Positions 1-12,500 of a stretch of DNA of 64,000 bases are shown in pieces (position 1 is the first letter of the stretch; the number at the start of each line of letters is the position of its first letter). Source of the stretch: Arsukibacterium sp. (GTDB lineage: Bacteria; Pseudomonadota; Gammaproteobacteria; Enterobacterales; Alteromonadaceae); the NCBI RefSeq assembly GCF_041616895.1, contig NZ_JBFJPY010000005.1, positions 1,401-65,400 of the forward strand, written 5' to 3'. The translations under genes were made by a program, and so were the position numbers. Below the pieces are notes generated by a model. It saw only the letters and a program-made list of their open reading frames with translations, was not told the DNA's origin and did not search any database.

Positions 1-817
1 CCAGGCCGAAGGTGGTTAAATCACTTTTAATCATGCTGACCAGATGCTGCCCCACCACATAAGCGCCGCCGACATAAGTGTCAGCACGTGCTGCGACCTG
101 CTGATTAATTTTTTGTATTTTTTCAATTTCTTGCTGGCGCTGCCCTGTCAGCTGCTGGCGGATCGGATCAGCAGCTTGTTGCAACCGGTCGATTTCGGCT
201 TCTTCGCCTTTCGACAGCGGGCGCTCAAGGGTTAGCGCCTGAATCTCAAGAATTTTTTGATCTAGCTCCTGCAGCTCAGCATTGGCTTTAAAAACTATCT
301 GAATGCCTGCCGCAGTTTGGGCTTTATTAAACAGTAAATCGGTAAAAATGGGATGTTCGGTAAGCAGTTGGCGCATGTCTTGCGGTGAATATTGCTGTTT
401 TTGCCAGGTCAGGCTCTCAACATCAGCTCCCGAAGTAAACGCACTGGCATCGTTTAGCAGCGGTACCGTCAGCATAGAGGTGACTGAACTCACCCGTTCA
501 AGGGTGGCGTATTGTGCACTTAAGGCCGTTATATCAGCAAAGGTTTGCGCTGAGAAAAGCTCACCATCGCGCGGCTTATAAGCTACCAGAATAAATTCAT
601 CCGGTGAAAAACGCTGATTTGCCAGCTGACTTTTAATATACAGTTCATTATTTTTTACCAGCAAGGTTTCAGCCGAAGCATCAATTCTAAACTGGTTTAA
701 AAAAACCAAAGCCACAGCACCAAGTACCAGAAACATGCCAATAATAAACCAGCGACTACGGACGATACTTCTCCCTAACCACCAGGTTATGTCAGTGTGC
801 TTATTTTGGTTTGACAT
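1..817 (-). CDS. MMPL/RND-family transporter, N-terminal part (runs off the window start)
   Basis: Not in the ORF track because there is no stop inside the window. Manual minus-strand translation from ATG at 817 is open to base 1: MSNQNKHTDITWWLGRSIVRSRWFIIGMFLVLGAVALVFLNQFRIDASAETLLVKNN...GGAYVVGQHLVSMIKSDLTTFGL. TM1 followed by 'RIDAS' and a periplasmic domain ending 'MIKSDL' is typical of MMPL/RND proteins. Confidence 0.8.
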   Translation of the reverse strand, partial: MSNQNKHTDITWWLGRSIVRSRWFIIGMFLVLGAVALVFLNQFRIDASAETLLVKNNELYIKSQLANQRFSPDEFILVAYKPRDGELFSAQTFADITALSAQYATLERVSSVTSMLTVPLLNDASAFTSGADVESLTWQKQQYSPQDMRQLLTEHPIFTDLLFNKAQTAAGIQIVFKANAELQELDQKILEIQALTLERPLSKGEEAEIDRLQQAADPIRQQLTGQRQQEIEKIQKINQQVAARADTYVGGAYVVGQHLVSMIKSDLTTFGL

Positions 818-1706
818 AGGCTTCATCCCGTTTCAGACCCTGTAAATGCTGATTTCGAAAGTACAAATAAGGGTCTTCAGCTTGCTGGTATAGGGTTTGG
901 TATAAGGCGGCACGGCCAGAGAAGCTGTTTATGATGTTGAGCCCCTGCAAGTAGTAAAGCTCCGGCGTATCGACCACATAGTTAAGAGGTTGAATTAACG
1001 CCTCCCCGACTACAGAAGTAGCGCCACGCAAATCGCTCTGGCCCAGAATGGGTAAAACCAGATATGGCCCGCTGCCAATCTGATAATGGCTTAAGGTATC
1101 AGCAATACTTTGTTTTGCTTCAGGTATCTCAAACCAGGCAGTGGCCGGATCGAACAAGCCAAGAATGCCGATGGTGGAGTTAATTACAAAGCGGCCTAAA
1201 TTACTACCGGCCTCTTTAAAGTCACCGCTTAAGGTATTATTAAGCAGGTTCAGCGGCTCGCGAATATTAGCAAACGCATTACTAACTTTATCGCGCACCA
1301 TCGCCGGTACTACCGCCTCATAACCCTTGGCCAGAGGGATCAGGGCATAGGTATAAGAGACATGATTAAAACTAAACACGGCCCGGTTCCAGCCTTCCAG
1401 CGGATCGTAATACACCGGAGCAGGTTCAGCATCACCGGTGACAGTGTCGTCTGCTACCGGCTCCATATCAACCACCGTCGGCTCAAGCTCAAGTGTACCC
1501 TGCGAGGTGGTAATGCGGGTCACCTGGCCGGCACTCAATTGCTCTGCGGCTGTTGGTGCCTTATTTTCAGCGGAGATTTTGGCAGGCTCAGCCTGGGAGG
1601 CAGGAGTATTGTCATTGGCTACTACATTACCAGCAGATTCTGGTTTACCGGCACACCCGGTCAGCATAGCTACCATTAAACAGATAAGGGTATAACGATA
1701 TGTCAT
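801..1706 (-). CDS. mlaA: MlaA/VacJ family lipoprotein
   Basis: Lipobox LTGC after MTYRYTLICLMVAM (start at 1706 preferred over ORF-track 1784). VacJ motifs DPLEGWNR, GRFVINSTIGILGLFDPA, GPYLVLPILG, DPYLYFRN. Confidence 0.88.
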   Translation of the reverse strand: MTYRYTLICLMVAMLTGCAGKPESAGNVVANDNTPASQAEPAKISAENKAPTAAEQLSAGQVTRITTSQGTLELEPTVVDMEPVADDTVTGDAEPAPVYYDPLEGWNRAVFSFNHVSYTYALIPLAKGYEAVVPAMVRDKVSNAFANIREPLNLLNNTLSGDFKEAGSNLGRFVINSTIGILGLFDPATAWFEIPEAKQSIADTLSHYQIGSGPYLVLPILGQSDLRGATSVVGEALIQPLNYVVDTPELYYLQGLNIINSFSGRAALYQTLYQQAEDPYLYFRNQHLQGLKRDEAYVKPK

Positions 1707-1782
1707 CCTGTTAACTCCGTATAACAAAACCCAAAAGCGCCAACTGCGCCCAAGATTAAAACAGCAGCATACCACGATAAAC

Positions 1783-1806
1783 AAAAAAGGCGCCTAAGCG
1801 CCTTTT
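1783..1806 (-). terminator. Intrinsic terminator downstream of guaA
   Basis: AAAAAAGGCGC-CTAA-GCGCCTTTT hairpin with a U-tract on either strand. Confidence 0.75.
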
Positions 1807-1836
1807 AAAAATTAATTAACATTAAAGTTAACTAAA

Positions 1837-3414
1837 TCACTCCCACTCTATCGTCGCAGGTGGCTTGCCTGAGATGTCATACACTACCCGGGAGATGCCA
1901 TTAATTTCATTAATGATCCGGTTCGACACCTTACCCAACATGTCATACGGCAAATGTGCCCAGTGTGCAGTCATAAAGTCGATGGTTTCCACCGCACGTA
2001 AAGAGACAACCCAGTCGTATTTGCGGGCATCACCCATTACCCCCACTGATTTTACCGGCAGGAATACCGCAAACGCCTGGCTGACTTTATTGTATAAATC
2101 GGCCTTGTGCAGCTCTTCAATAAAGATAGCATCGGCCCGGCGCAGTAAATCGCAGTACTCTTTCTTAATTTCGCCCAGTACCCGCACACCTAAGCCTGGC
2201 CCGGGGAACGGATGGCGGTACAGCATATCGTATGGCAGGCCTAGTTCCAGACCGACTTTGCGTACTTCGTCTTTAAATAACTCACGCAGCGGTTCCACTA
2301 AACCCAGCTTCATATGCGCCGGTAAACCACCAACGTTATGGTGCGATTTAATCACATGGGCTTTACCGGTGGCAGAACCAGCTGATTCAATCACGTCAGG
2401 GTAAATGGTGCCCTGCGCCAGCCACTTGGCATTTTCCAGCTTTTGCGACTCTTCGTCGAACACTTCAACAAACACCCGGCCGATAATTTTACGCTTGGCT
2501 TCAGGTTCATTTTCACCGGCTAAGGCATCAAGGAAACGCTGCTCGGCATCAATTTTAATGATGTTCAGGCCAAAATGGTCACCAAACATATCCATTACCT
2601 GCTTGCCTTCGTTTAAACGCAGTAAGCCGTTATCAACAAACACACAGGTTAAATTGCTACCAATTGCCCGGTGCAACAACATGGCAGTAACCGAGCTGTC
2701 TACGCCACCGGATAAACCCAGAATAACCCGATCCGTTCCAATTTGTTGCTTTAAACGGGCGACTGCATCTTCGATAATGGTCGCTGGCGTCCATAGTTTG
2801 TCACAGCCGCAAATATTGACCACGAAGTGCTCCAGCATCCGCAGGCCCTGACGGGTGTGGGTAACTTCCGGGTGAAACTGTACGCCGTAAAACTGGCGGG
2901 CCTCATCGACCATCCCGGCATGCGGGCAAGTGGTGGTCTGAGCGCAGGTCACAAAGCCTTCTGGTATGCTGATCACTTTGTCGCCGTGGCTCATCCAAAC
3001 ATCCAGCAAGGCATTGCCATTGCCGCCAATATGATCTTCAATCTTGGCAAAAAAGTCGTTCGCCGCAATCACTTCAACCTGAGCATAACCAAACTCACGT
3101 AAATCAGAACCCTGCACCTTGCCGCCCAGCTGCTCAGCCATGGTTTGCATACCGTAACAAATGCCCAGTACCGGCACGCCGGCATTAAACACATACTCTG
3201 GCGCCCTTGGTGAGCCAGCTTCAGTAACGCTTTCCGGGCCGCCCGATAAAATAATACCGGTAGGGTTAAACTCACGAATTTGCTCGTCGCTAACATCCCA
3301 GGCCCACAACTCACAATACACGCCAATTTCGCGCACACGACGGGCAATAAGCTGGGTGTACTGCGACCCAAAATCTAGGATTAAAATACGATGGTGATGA
3401 ATGTTCTTGCTCAT
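1837..3414 (-). CDS. guaA: GMP synthase (glutamine-hydrolysing)
   Basis: [37 protein letters not shown] and C-terminal KPPATIEWE. Confidence 0.98.
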   Translation of the reverse strand: MSKNIHHHRILILDFGSQYTQLIARRVREIGVYCELWAWDVSDEQIREFNPTGIILSGGPESVTEAGSPRAPEYVFNAGVPVLGICYGMQTMAEQLGGKVQGSDLREFGYAQVEVIAANDFFAKIEDHIGGNGNALLDVWMSHGDKVISIPEGFVTCAQTTTCPHAGMVDEARQFYGVQFHPEVTHTRQGLRMLEHFVVNICGCDKLWTPATIIEDAVARLKQQIGTDRVILGLSGGVDSSVTAMLLHRAIGSNLTCVFVDNGLLRLNEGKQVMDMFGDHFGLNIIKIDAEQRFLDALAGENEPEAKRKIIGRVFVEVFDEESQKLENAKWLAQGTIYPDVIESAGSATGKAHVIKSHHNVGGLPAHMKLGLVEPLRELFKDEVRKVGLELGLPYDMLYRHPFPGPGLGVRVLGEIKKEYCDLLRRADAIFIEELHKADLYNKVSQAFAVFLPVKSVGVMGDARKYDWVVSLRAVETIDFMTAHWAHLPYDMLGKVSNRIINEINGISRVVYDISGKPPATIEWE

Positions 3415-3470
3415 AACAACCTTTGAAAAATAAGACGGCGGGCCAGGCCCGCCGTGACAACCGACTGTTG

Positions 3471-5051
<1,581 letters not shown>

Positions 5052-5093
5052 TTAACGTAAACTAGCATCAAAGCAGTTTATCCTGGGTGACTC

Positions 5094-6431
5094 ATGCAAA
5101 ACCCCGATATATATACCGTTTCCCGCTTAAACAGTGAAGTCAGGCTGATTCTGGAGCTGCAGTTTCAGCGGCTGTGGCTGGTGGGCGAAGTGTCTAATTT
5201 TGTCCAGGCAGCATCGGGTCATTGGTATTTTTCACTAAAAGATCAGGCAGCGCAGGTTAAAGTGGCGATGTTTAAGCAGGCTAATCGCAATGCCAGCGTA
5301 AAACCGCAAAACGGCCAGCAGGTATTAATTCGAGCCCGTATTAGCGTATACGAGCCCCGCGGTGAGTATCAGCTACTGGCCGAAATGATAGAGCCGGCTG
5401 GCGATGGCTTACTGAAACAGCAGTACGAACAACTTAAAAACCGGCTGCAGGCCGAGGGCTTATTTGACGAAGCGCGCAAACAGCCACTACCCGCCCATAT
5501 TAACCGGGTGGGCGTGATTACCTCGCCCACCGGTGCGGCCATTCGCGATATTGTCAGTGTACTGCAGCGCCGCTCGCCGGGTATCGAAGTGATTATTTAC
5601 CCCTGCTTAGTGCAGGGCGAACAGGCAGCCAGGCAATTACAGCAAATGTTAAGCACGGCCATCCGGCGCAATGAAGTAGATGTACTTATAATTGGCCGTG
5701 GAGGTGGCTCGCTGGAAGACTTATGGTGTTTTAACGATGAGCAACTGGCGCGCGCCGTCGCTGCTTGCCCTATTCCGATAGTCAGTGCGGTAGGCCACGA
5801 GATAGATTTTGCTCTAACCGACTTTGTTGCCGATGTCCGCGCCCCAACGCCATCAGCTGCAGCAGAGCTGGTATCGCCCGATCAAAGCCATTTACTGGAA
5901 CGGCTGCACCGTTTACAAAGCGCACTGGTACAAGCACAGCGCAGCCAGTTAAACCGGCTAAAACCGGATCTTAAGCAACTGGAACAACGCCTGCTGGCAC
6001 TGCACCCGAAACGGCGCCTGCAACAACAGCAACAGCGGTTAGACGAGCTGCAACTGCGCTTAAACCGGGTTATTGCGCAGCAACTTGCGAATGCTAAACG
6101 CCAGCAGCAGTATTTACAGCAAAGCCTGCAGCACCTATCACCTGCCAAAGCCATTAAGCAGCAGCACGAGCAACTGCAGCAGCTGCAACAACGACTGGCG
6201 CGCGGTATAAGCCAGCAACTTAAGCAGCAGCAACAAACCCTCGGCCGCTTAAGCAACCAGCTAAACACGGTAAGCCCGCTGGCCACCCTCGCCCGTGGCT
6301 ACAGTATTGCCTTTGATGAAAAACAGCAGGTGCTAACCTCCAGCAAACAGTTAAAAGCCGGGGATAAGGTCGCCATTAAACTGGCAGAAGGTGGCTTTGA
6401 TGCCGAGGTGAAAAAGCTTAATGGGGTTTAG
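5094..6431 (+). CDS. xseA: Exodeoxyribonuclease VII large subunit
   Basis: YTVSRLN, GEVSNF, SGHWYFSLKD, RGGGSLEDLW, VGHEIDF, TPSAAAE. Divergent from guaB as in enterobacteria. Confidence 0.97.
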   Translation: MQNPDIYTVSRLNSEVRLILELQFQRLWLVGEVSNFVQAASGHWYFSLKDQAAQVKVAMFKQANRNASVKPQNGQQVLIRARISVYEPRGEYQLLAEMIEPAGDGLLKQQYEQLKNRLQAEGLFDEARKQPLPAHINRVGVITSPTGAAIRDIVSVLQRRSPGIEVIIYPCLVQGEQAARQLQQMLSTAIRRNEVDVLIIGRGGGSLEDLWCFNDEQLARAVAACPIPIVSAVGHEIDFALTDFVADVRAPTPSAAAELVSPDQSHLLERLHRLQSALVQAQRSQLNRLKPDLKQLEQRLLALHPKRRLQQQQQRLDELQLRLNRVIAQQLANAKRQQQYLQQSLQHLSPAKAIKQQHEQLQQLQQRLARGISQQLKQQQQTLGRLSNQLNTVSPLATLARGYSIAFDEKQQVLTSSKQLKAGDKVAIKLAEGGFDAEVKKLNGV

Positions 6432-6473
6432 GTAACTGAGGTTTTCCTAAAATAAAAGGGGCATTTCAACATT

Positions 6474-6508
6474 AAAAAAATGCCAGTTATGGTCTAACTG
6501 GCATTTTT
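6474..6508. terminator. Bidirectional terminator between xseA and the TonB receptor
   Basis: AAAAAAATGCCAGTTA-TGGTC-TAACTGGCATTTTT between convergent genes. Confidence 0.8.
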
Positions 6509-6547
6509 ATCTGATTCATGATTTTCGAATACTTTATATTTTGATAC

Positions 6548-8650
6548 TTAGAAAGACCCGACCAAACTCAGCATGGCATTAATTGGCGCGCCAACGGTTG
6601 CCTGATGCGTGGAGTGCGCATTTGGAAAGTACAGCTCATCTGTCAGATTTTCAATGTGCAGCTGCAGTCGCAAGTCGTCAGAGATATCGTAGTAAGCCGA
6701 CACATCAACCCGGGTATAAGACGGTAATACCGCGGTGTTGCCGCTATTGATAAAACTCTTATCCTGATAAGTGGCACCAACACCGAACCCAAACACGTCA
6801 TTTACCTGGTAACGTGTCCATACCGAGAAGGTATTCTCAGGCAGTTCTGCAGGTGTTCTGCCGGTTGGGCCATTGCGGTCGACAATTTCACCAGTCATGT
6901 TGCTGTAGTTAGCTGATACTGTCCAGTCAGGCATGATCTGGCCACTTACCTGCAACTCGAAACCTGAAATATCAGAATCAATCACATCCAGCGTTGCAGG
7001 GTCACTGTCGGCAACCTGTGGTGAGCTTTGCTCGTTTTCAAACACTGCAGCGGTGAAACTCAGGCCTTGCGCGAAATCCCATTTAACGCCAACCTCACGA
7101 TTGGTGAAAGTATCAGGGTCTAACTCATTGTTACTGCCATTGATATCAGTATACTGCTCGCCGCTTCGTGGCAGGAAAGATTCGCTGTAGCTGGCGTAAA
7201 CTGAGATATTTTCCTGTGGTTTATAAATTAAACCGGCCCGTGGTGAGATTTCTTCATCGGTTCTGGAGCGGGTTTCCAATGACGACGGCAGAGCGTTCAA
7301 CACGTCAATATTAAAACGGTCAAAACGTGCCCCCAGCACCAGGTTCAGCTGTTCAGTTAGTTTGATTTCATCTTGTAAATAAAATGAGAACACGCTTAAA
7401 TCAACCCGGGTGTCGTCATTTAAATCGCTGAAACTGGCGGTAACGCTATCACCATTAGCATTAACACCGCTCAGGTTTTTAAAGTTTAACGGCCGCGCGA
7501 TGCTGAAAACTTCACGGTCTGATAAGGTAGTGTCGAACACCGGGTTAAAGCGGTTCTGATCAGAGTCGGTCTGAATAAACTCAGAGCCAACAATAACGGT
7601 ATGGCTCACCGCGCCGGTATCAAATTCGCCGATAAGGCTCGCAGACAATGTCAGGTTCTCACGCCAGGTGTTATCAACATAACCGTCCAGCTCAACTGTA
7701 TTGGCATTTTGGTTATAGTCGGTGGCATAAAAGTTGGCGTAAATTTTATCATAGTCGCCATATTGAACGCTGAAATTACCTTTGACGTTAGCACTGAAAC
7801 GATGCTCCAGTGCTGCGCGCACTACGTGCGCTTCTAATTCATGGAAGTTATTTTCCGGATCAGCGAATACGATGTCTTGCAGCGCAGCTACCGGGCGGCC
7901 ATCAGCACCCGTCGGGATACCACGGTCGATAAAGCGTTCGTGGTTAACATATTCATACGATAGATCAAGTAGGGTGACATCAGATAACTTAACCCGTGCT
8001 GTTGGATTAAAACCCACCCGGTCGCCATCATAAAAATCACGGTGTCCTTCCAGATGCTCAACCATAGCATTGATACGCACCGCAGAGCTGTCTGTGGTTA
8101 CAAGGTTAGTATCCAGTTCACCGCTAACACCGCCGAAACTATTCAAACCCAGTTTATAACCACTGAAATTATTATCGAGCTGAGCTTTTTTTGACACGCG
8201 GTTTAAGATGCCGCCTGTACCACCACGGCCAAATAGCAAGGCATTCGGGCCACGTAAAATTTCTACTTGTTCAATGTTGTACAACGCGCGGTAATACTGC
8301 ACATCATCGCGGTTACCATCAATATAAAAATCAGCCGTAGAACGCACGCCCCGAAATACTACTGAATCACGGTGTCCTTCGCCCTGCGAGGTATTGACGC
8401 CTGGCGTGTAATCTATAATGTCACCAATACTGTCAAAGCCGCGCTCTGTGATCTGCTCAGCAGTAATAATGGATAAGCTTTGCGGGACGTCAATAATCGG
8501 CGTTGGCGTTTTTACTGAGTTAGATTCATTAACAGACAGGTATTTCCCTTCTACAACGATCCTTTCGACAGCTTCAATGTTTTGAGCTAACGCCGAATTA
8601 CTTAAGATTACAGCAGCCGCAATACTTGTTAGTTGGAATTTCAATTTCAC
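6548..8650 (-). CDS. TonB-dependent receptor (siderophore-receptor-like, Fiu/PiuA type)
   Basis: GTG start at 8650 after GGAGA. Signal peptide, TonB-box-like ERIVVEG, plug motifs TPIIDVPQSLSII and EQVEILRGPNALLFGRGGTGG, C-terminal Phe. The substrate is not determinable from sequence. Confidence 0.88.
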   Translation of the reverse strand: MKLKFQLTSIAAAVILSNSALAQNIEAVERIVVEGKYLSVNESNSVKTPTPIIDVPQSLSIITAEQITERGFDSIGDIIDYTPGVNTSQGEGHRDSVVFRGVRSTADFYIDGNRDDVQYYRALYNIEQVEILRGPNALLFGRGGTGGILNRVSKKAQLDNNFSGYKLGLNSFGGVSGELDTNLVTTDSSAVRINAMVEHLEGHRDFYDGDRVGFNPTARVKLSDVTLLDLSYEYVNHERFIDRGIPTGADGRPVAALQDIVFADPENNFHELEAHVVRAALEHRFSANVKGNFSVQYGDYDKIYANFYATDYNQNANTVELDGYVDNTWRENLTLSASLIGEFDTGAVSHTVIVGSEFIQTDSDQNRFNPVFDTTLSDREVFSIARPLNFKNLSGVNANGDSVTASFSDLNDDTRVDLSVFSFYLQDEIKLTEQLNLVLGARFDRFNIDVLNALPSSLETRSRTDEEISPRAGLIYKPQENISVYASYSESFLPRSGEQYTDINGSNNELDPDTFTNREVGVKWDFAQGLSFTAAVFENEQSSPQVADSDPATLDVIDSDISGFELQVSGQIMPDWTVSANYSNMTGEIVDRNGPTGRTPAELPENTFSVWTRYQVNDVFGFGVGATYQDKSFINSGNTAVLPSYTRVDVSAYYDISDDLRLQLHIENLTDELYFPNAHSTHQATVGAPINAMLSLVGSF

Positions 8651-8769
8651 AGTCTCCGTATTTATATTGATTATTTTTTTGCCTTGTTCCGTGGCTGACA
8701 GTGAAGTAACCATAAATAATGCTGGTTAATGTCTGCCTGAAATTACCAAAGCAATCAAACTGGAGCAAT

Positions 8770-8790
8770 GTTAATACGAATCGTTATTAA
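8770..8790 (-). promoter_or_regulatory. Candidate Fur box upstream of the TonB receptor
   Basis: AATAACGATTCGTATTAAC (minus strand, 8788-8770) matches 12/19 positions of GATAATGATAATCATTATC and is near-palindromic, about 120 bp upstream of the start. Confidence 0.5.
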
Positions 8791-8953
8791 TTGCACGCGC
8801 ATTACGAAAAACTTTTCTGTAAATGGGTAACTAATTGGCAATCTGGTTGTCGGCCAGTGTCGACTTGTAGATTTTATTAACAGCCCGGAGTTGATAACAT
8901 GCTGCCTGTAACCAAGCATGCAGTGACTTTAAACCTTGAAGCAACGGAGTCTT

Positions 8954-9529
8954 ATGTCACATAACACAATTGCCCTGAACAAACAGCGCCAGCCGCTGGA
9001 TCATCTGGAATCGGTCTGGTTGTTTGGTTATGGCTCGTTGATTTACAAAGCTGACTTTGCTTATCTGCAATGCAAGCCAGCCTGTATTTATGGCTGGCAG
9101 CGCCGTTTCTGGCAAGGCTCGCATGATCATCGTGGCACACCAGATGCGCCTGGCCGGGTATTGACGCTGATAGAAGTACCTGGCGAGCGCTGTGCCGGTA
9201 TGGCCTATCAGGTAACGCCTGATACCTTTGAGCATTTAGACCACCGCGAGAAAAACGGGTACTTGCGGGTATTTACCCAGTTGCACTGGCTTAATGAGCC
9301 AGGCCAGTCTGAGGGCCTGGTATATTTAGCCAATGCGGACAATGAAGCCTATCTGGGCCCTGCCAGTGATCAGGCGATAGCCACTCATATAGCGAAAAGT
9401 AAGGGGCCTAGTGGCCCCAACAGTGAATACTTACTTAAACTGGCGCAGGCCCTGCGCGATATGAACGAGCACGATGCGCATGTATTTGCCATTGAGCAAG
9501 CGCTGTTAAAACTTACTCCAGAGTACTAA
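8954..9529 (+). CDS. chaC: ChaC-family gamma-glutamylcyclotransferase
   Basis: VWLFGYGSLI, RRFWQGSHDHRGTPDAPGRVLTL, LDHREKNGY, GPSGPNSEYL. ATG at 8954 after GGAG. Confidence 0.9.
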   Translation: MSHNTIALNKQRQPLDHLESVWLFGYGSLIYKADFAYLQCKPACIYGWQRRFWQGSHDHRGTPDAPGRVLTLIEVPGERCAGMAYQVTPDTFEHLDHREKNGYLRVFTQLHWLNEPGQSEGLVYLANADNEAYLGPASDQAIATHIAKSKGPSGPNSEYLLKLAQALRDMNEHDAHVFAIEQALLKLTPEY

Positions 9530-12500
9530 TCCAGGGCTTGTCGCTTTAATAACACTTTTTGTTTGCGACGCCGAAACAGATTCTTAACATCCTCTAGGAT
9601 CACATAAAAGCAAGGTACCAGGATCAAGGTAATTAAGGTGGCGAACAGCACGGCAAAACTGAGTGATATTGCCATCGGAATAACAAACTGTGCTTGCAGG
9701 CTTGTTTCGAACATTATTGGCACTAAGCCGAAGAAGGTGGTTAGCGATGTAAGTAATATGGCCCTGAAGCGCATACTGCCGGCAGAGATGATACTTTCTT
9801 TTAATGTTAAGCCTCTGTCACGGGCCTGGTTGACGTAATCGGTAAACACCAGACTGTCGTTTATTACTACCCCGGCTGCGGCAATCATGCCAAAGAAAGA
9901 GAACAGTGACAGATCAAAGCCAAGGAAGAAGTGCGCCCATAATGCCCCGGTCATGCCAAACGGGATCACCGACATAATGATCACCGGCTGACTATAGCTT
10001 TTCAGCGGAATAGCCAACAGGATGTAAACTAACAATAAGCCAGCAATCATATACAGCAGCATCTGGTTGCGTTGTTTTTGCTGCTCTTCTATCTGGCCAC
10101 CCAGTTCCGATTTCACTCCGGGGAAGCGCTCCAGTAAATCCGGCATAATATCGGTTCTTACCAGCTTCACCACCTCAGACGTTGTTACCTGCTGCTGATC
10201 AACACTGGCTTCAATCCGGACATTTCTAAAACCAGCCTCACGATTAATCCGCGAAATTCCCGGTATTTCAGCAATCTCAGCAACGTCACCGAGCATCACA
10301 AACTCACCGGTTGGCAATTTAAGGCGGGTATGTTGCAACGATGCGACCTGCTGCCGCTGTTCCTTCGGATAGCGCACCATCACGCGCACTTCATCGCCGT
10401 CGCGGATCATTCGCTGCGCTTCGATACCATAAAAACTGTAGCCAACCTGCTGTGCCAGCCAGGTGGGTGTTAAGCCTAACTGATGGGCCAGCGGCTTCAA
10501 TTCCAAATTCAGCTCTTTACTGCCTGAATCGATGCTGGAGCCTAAATCATAAACACCCGGTATATTGCTTAATTCACTGATTAATGCATGGCCTGCGGCA
10601 TTCAGTTGATCAATATCGGTACCAAACAAACGATAACCCAATTCACGCTGTTCGCCGCCACTGAATAAATCGTCTCTGACCTGAATGGTTCGCACTCCGG
10701 CAAGTTCTGGTAAACTCTCCCGCCAGCGACGTCCCATCTCAAAAGCTTTAATCGGCCGCTCTTCTTCATCAACCAGGGTGACTAACACCGTGCCGCTGGT
10801 CTGGTTGTTCAGCCAGGCCATCACATGTTTAATCATCGGTTTGCCGGTTTGCTCAACCACTGCGGCTTCTTGTTGATAAACCAGCTGTTCAAGCTGCTGT
10901 AAAATAGCCAGGCTTTGCTGCTCTGAGGCATTTTGATGCATTTCAAAGCGAATTTCCGGATAGTCATGCGGTACCGGCGGGGTCATCACCGTTCGGATAT
11001 GATTGGCAGAGATTAAACCAAAACCACTGAGTAGAATGCCAAAAAACACGCCGAGGGTCACATAGCGGTGGGCCATACAAGCCTGAAGAAACGGTTGATA
11101 ACGACGTTCTATAAACCCCTGAAAACGCTTGTTAAAGCGCATACGCCAGCCATTTTCGGGCACCGGCGTTAATTTAGTATGGGCTAAATGCGCTGGTAAT
11201 ATCAGTTTTGATTCAACCAGACTGAAGAACAAACAACACACTACTACAATAGAAATAACTTTAAATTCATTGGCTTCTATACTATTGCCCAGCATAAAAG
11301 GGGCGAATACCGCCATCGTAGTTAACACGCCAAAGGTCGCTGGGGTAGCCACCCGCTGCGCGCCACGGATAATATTATCAACACTATGGCCTTGCAACTC
11401 AGTTTCATGATAGGCACTTTCGCCTATGACGATAGCGTCATCGACCACGATGCCCAGCACCATAATAAACGCGAACAGACTGATGATATTGATGGTGACG
11501 CCAGCGAAAGGCATCAGCCAGATAGCGCCCAGAAAAGCAATCGGTAAACCGAGCATTACCCAGAACGCGACTTTAAAGCGTAAAAACAGCATCAGCATCA
11601 AAAACACCAGTACCGCCCCCTGCAGCAGATTGCTCCACATCATATTCAGGCGGCCGTTCAGGTAGTACGTCATATCTACCAGGCTGTGCAGCTGATAATC
11701 CCCCTGCAATTGCGTATTCTTGAACTCAACATACTGTTTCACGCTGGCAGCAACATCTGGCAATGACTGCGTTGCAGAGGCTTTCACTGCCATAAATGCT
11801 GCCGGTTTACCGTCGTAACGCATATAGTTAATACGCTCTTCAAAGCCATCATAGATAGTAGCAATATCACCCAGCTGGATCTGTTCCCCCTGCGGCCCGG
11901 TTATAATTGGCAGCACCGCAAACTCATCTGCCCGGTAAGCGCGTTGCTCAGAGCGGATAGTGATCATGCCGGCGTCAGAGCGGATCATGCCGGCCGACAC
12001 ATTGTCAGAATGCTGCGTTATGGCCCTGCTGATATCCTGTAAGCTGATGTTGTAACGCTCAAGCGTTGCCGGCTCAATTTCAATGCCTATCTCCCATGCC
12101 GGCATCGCATCAAAGTCAACGAAACTGATATTCTCAAGCTGCAGCAATTCATTCTTTATCTGCCGCCCCATCGCTTTTAACGCCAGTTGATCCTCGGTAC
12201 CGGTCAGCACCAGATTAACTGCATCCTGGCGCCACTCTACCTGATAAATCGTTAATGGCTCCATCGCGCTGGGGAAGGTACTGATGGCATCCATTTTCAG
12301 CTTTACCTGATCTAAGCGGGATGAAATATCTGTGCCCGGCACCAGCTCAATGCTGACCCGGCCACCACCTCGCCAGGCGTTACTGCGATAACGTTTAATG
12401 CCTTCAATGTCGGTCAGCGCTTCCTCTATTTTAATCAGGATGCCCTCTTCAATTTCCTGCGGCGCAGCACCACGAAAAGTGGCACTGACATGAATATAAT

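Noticed and set aside
1707-1784. ORF-track N-terminal extensions (also for guaB, the TonB receptor, the RND adaptor, iscS, iscR, cysE, the porin and dam)
   Set aside because: Downstream starts have proper RBS spacing and match family N-termini; the extensions run through terminators, promoters or neighbouring genes.
3435-3458. GC-rich hairpin between guaB and guaA; similar hairpins near 17734-17755, 19638-19668 and 43294-43322
   Set aside because: Considered as a REP-like family, but the sequences are unrelated to each other. They are most likely individual mRNA-stabilising stems or weak terminators.
5882-6286. Cys-rich 134-aa antisense ORF (CCC runs) inside xseA
   Set aside because: It is the mirror of the CAG/CAA-rich Gln/Leu coiled-coil of XseA, not a metallothionein-like gene; there is no RBS or independent evidence.
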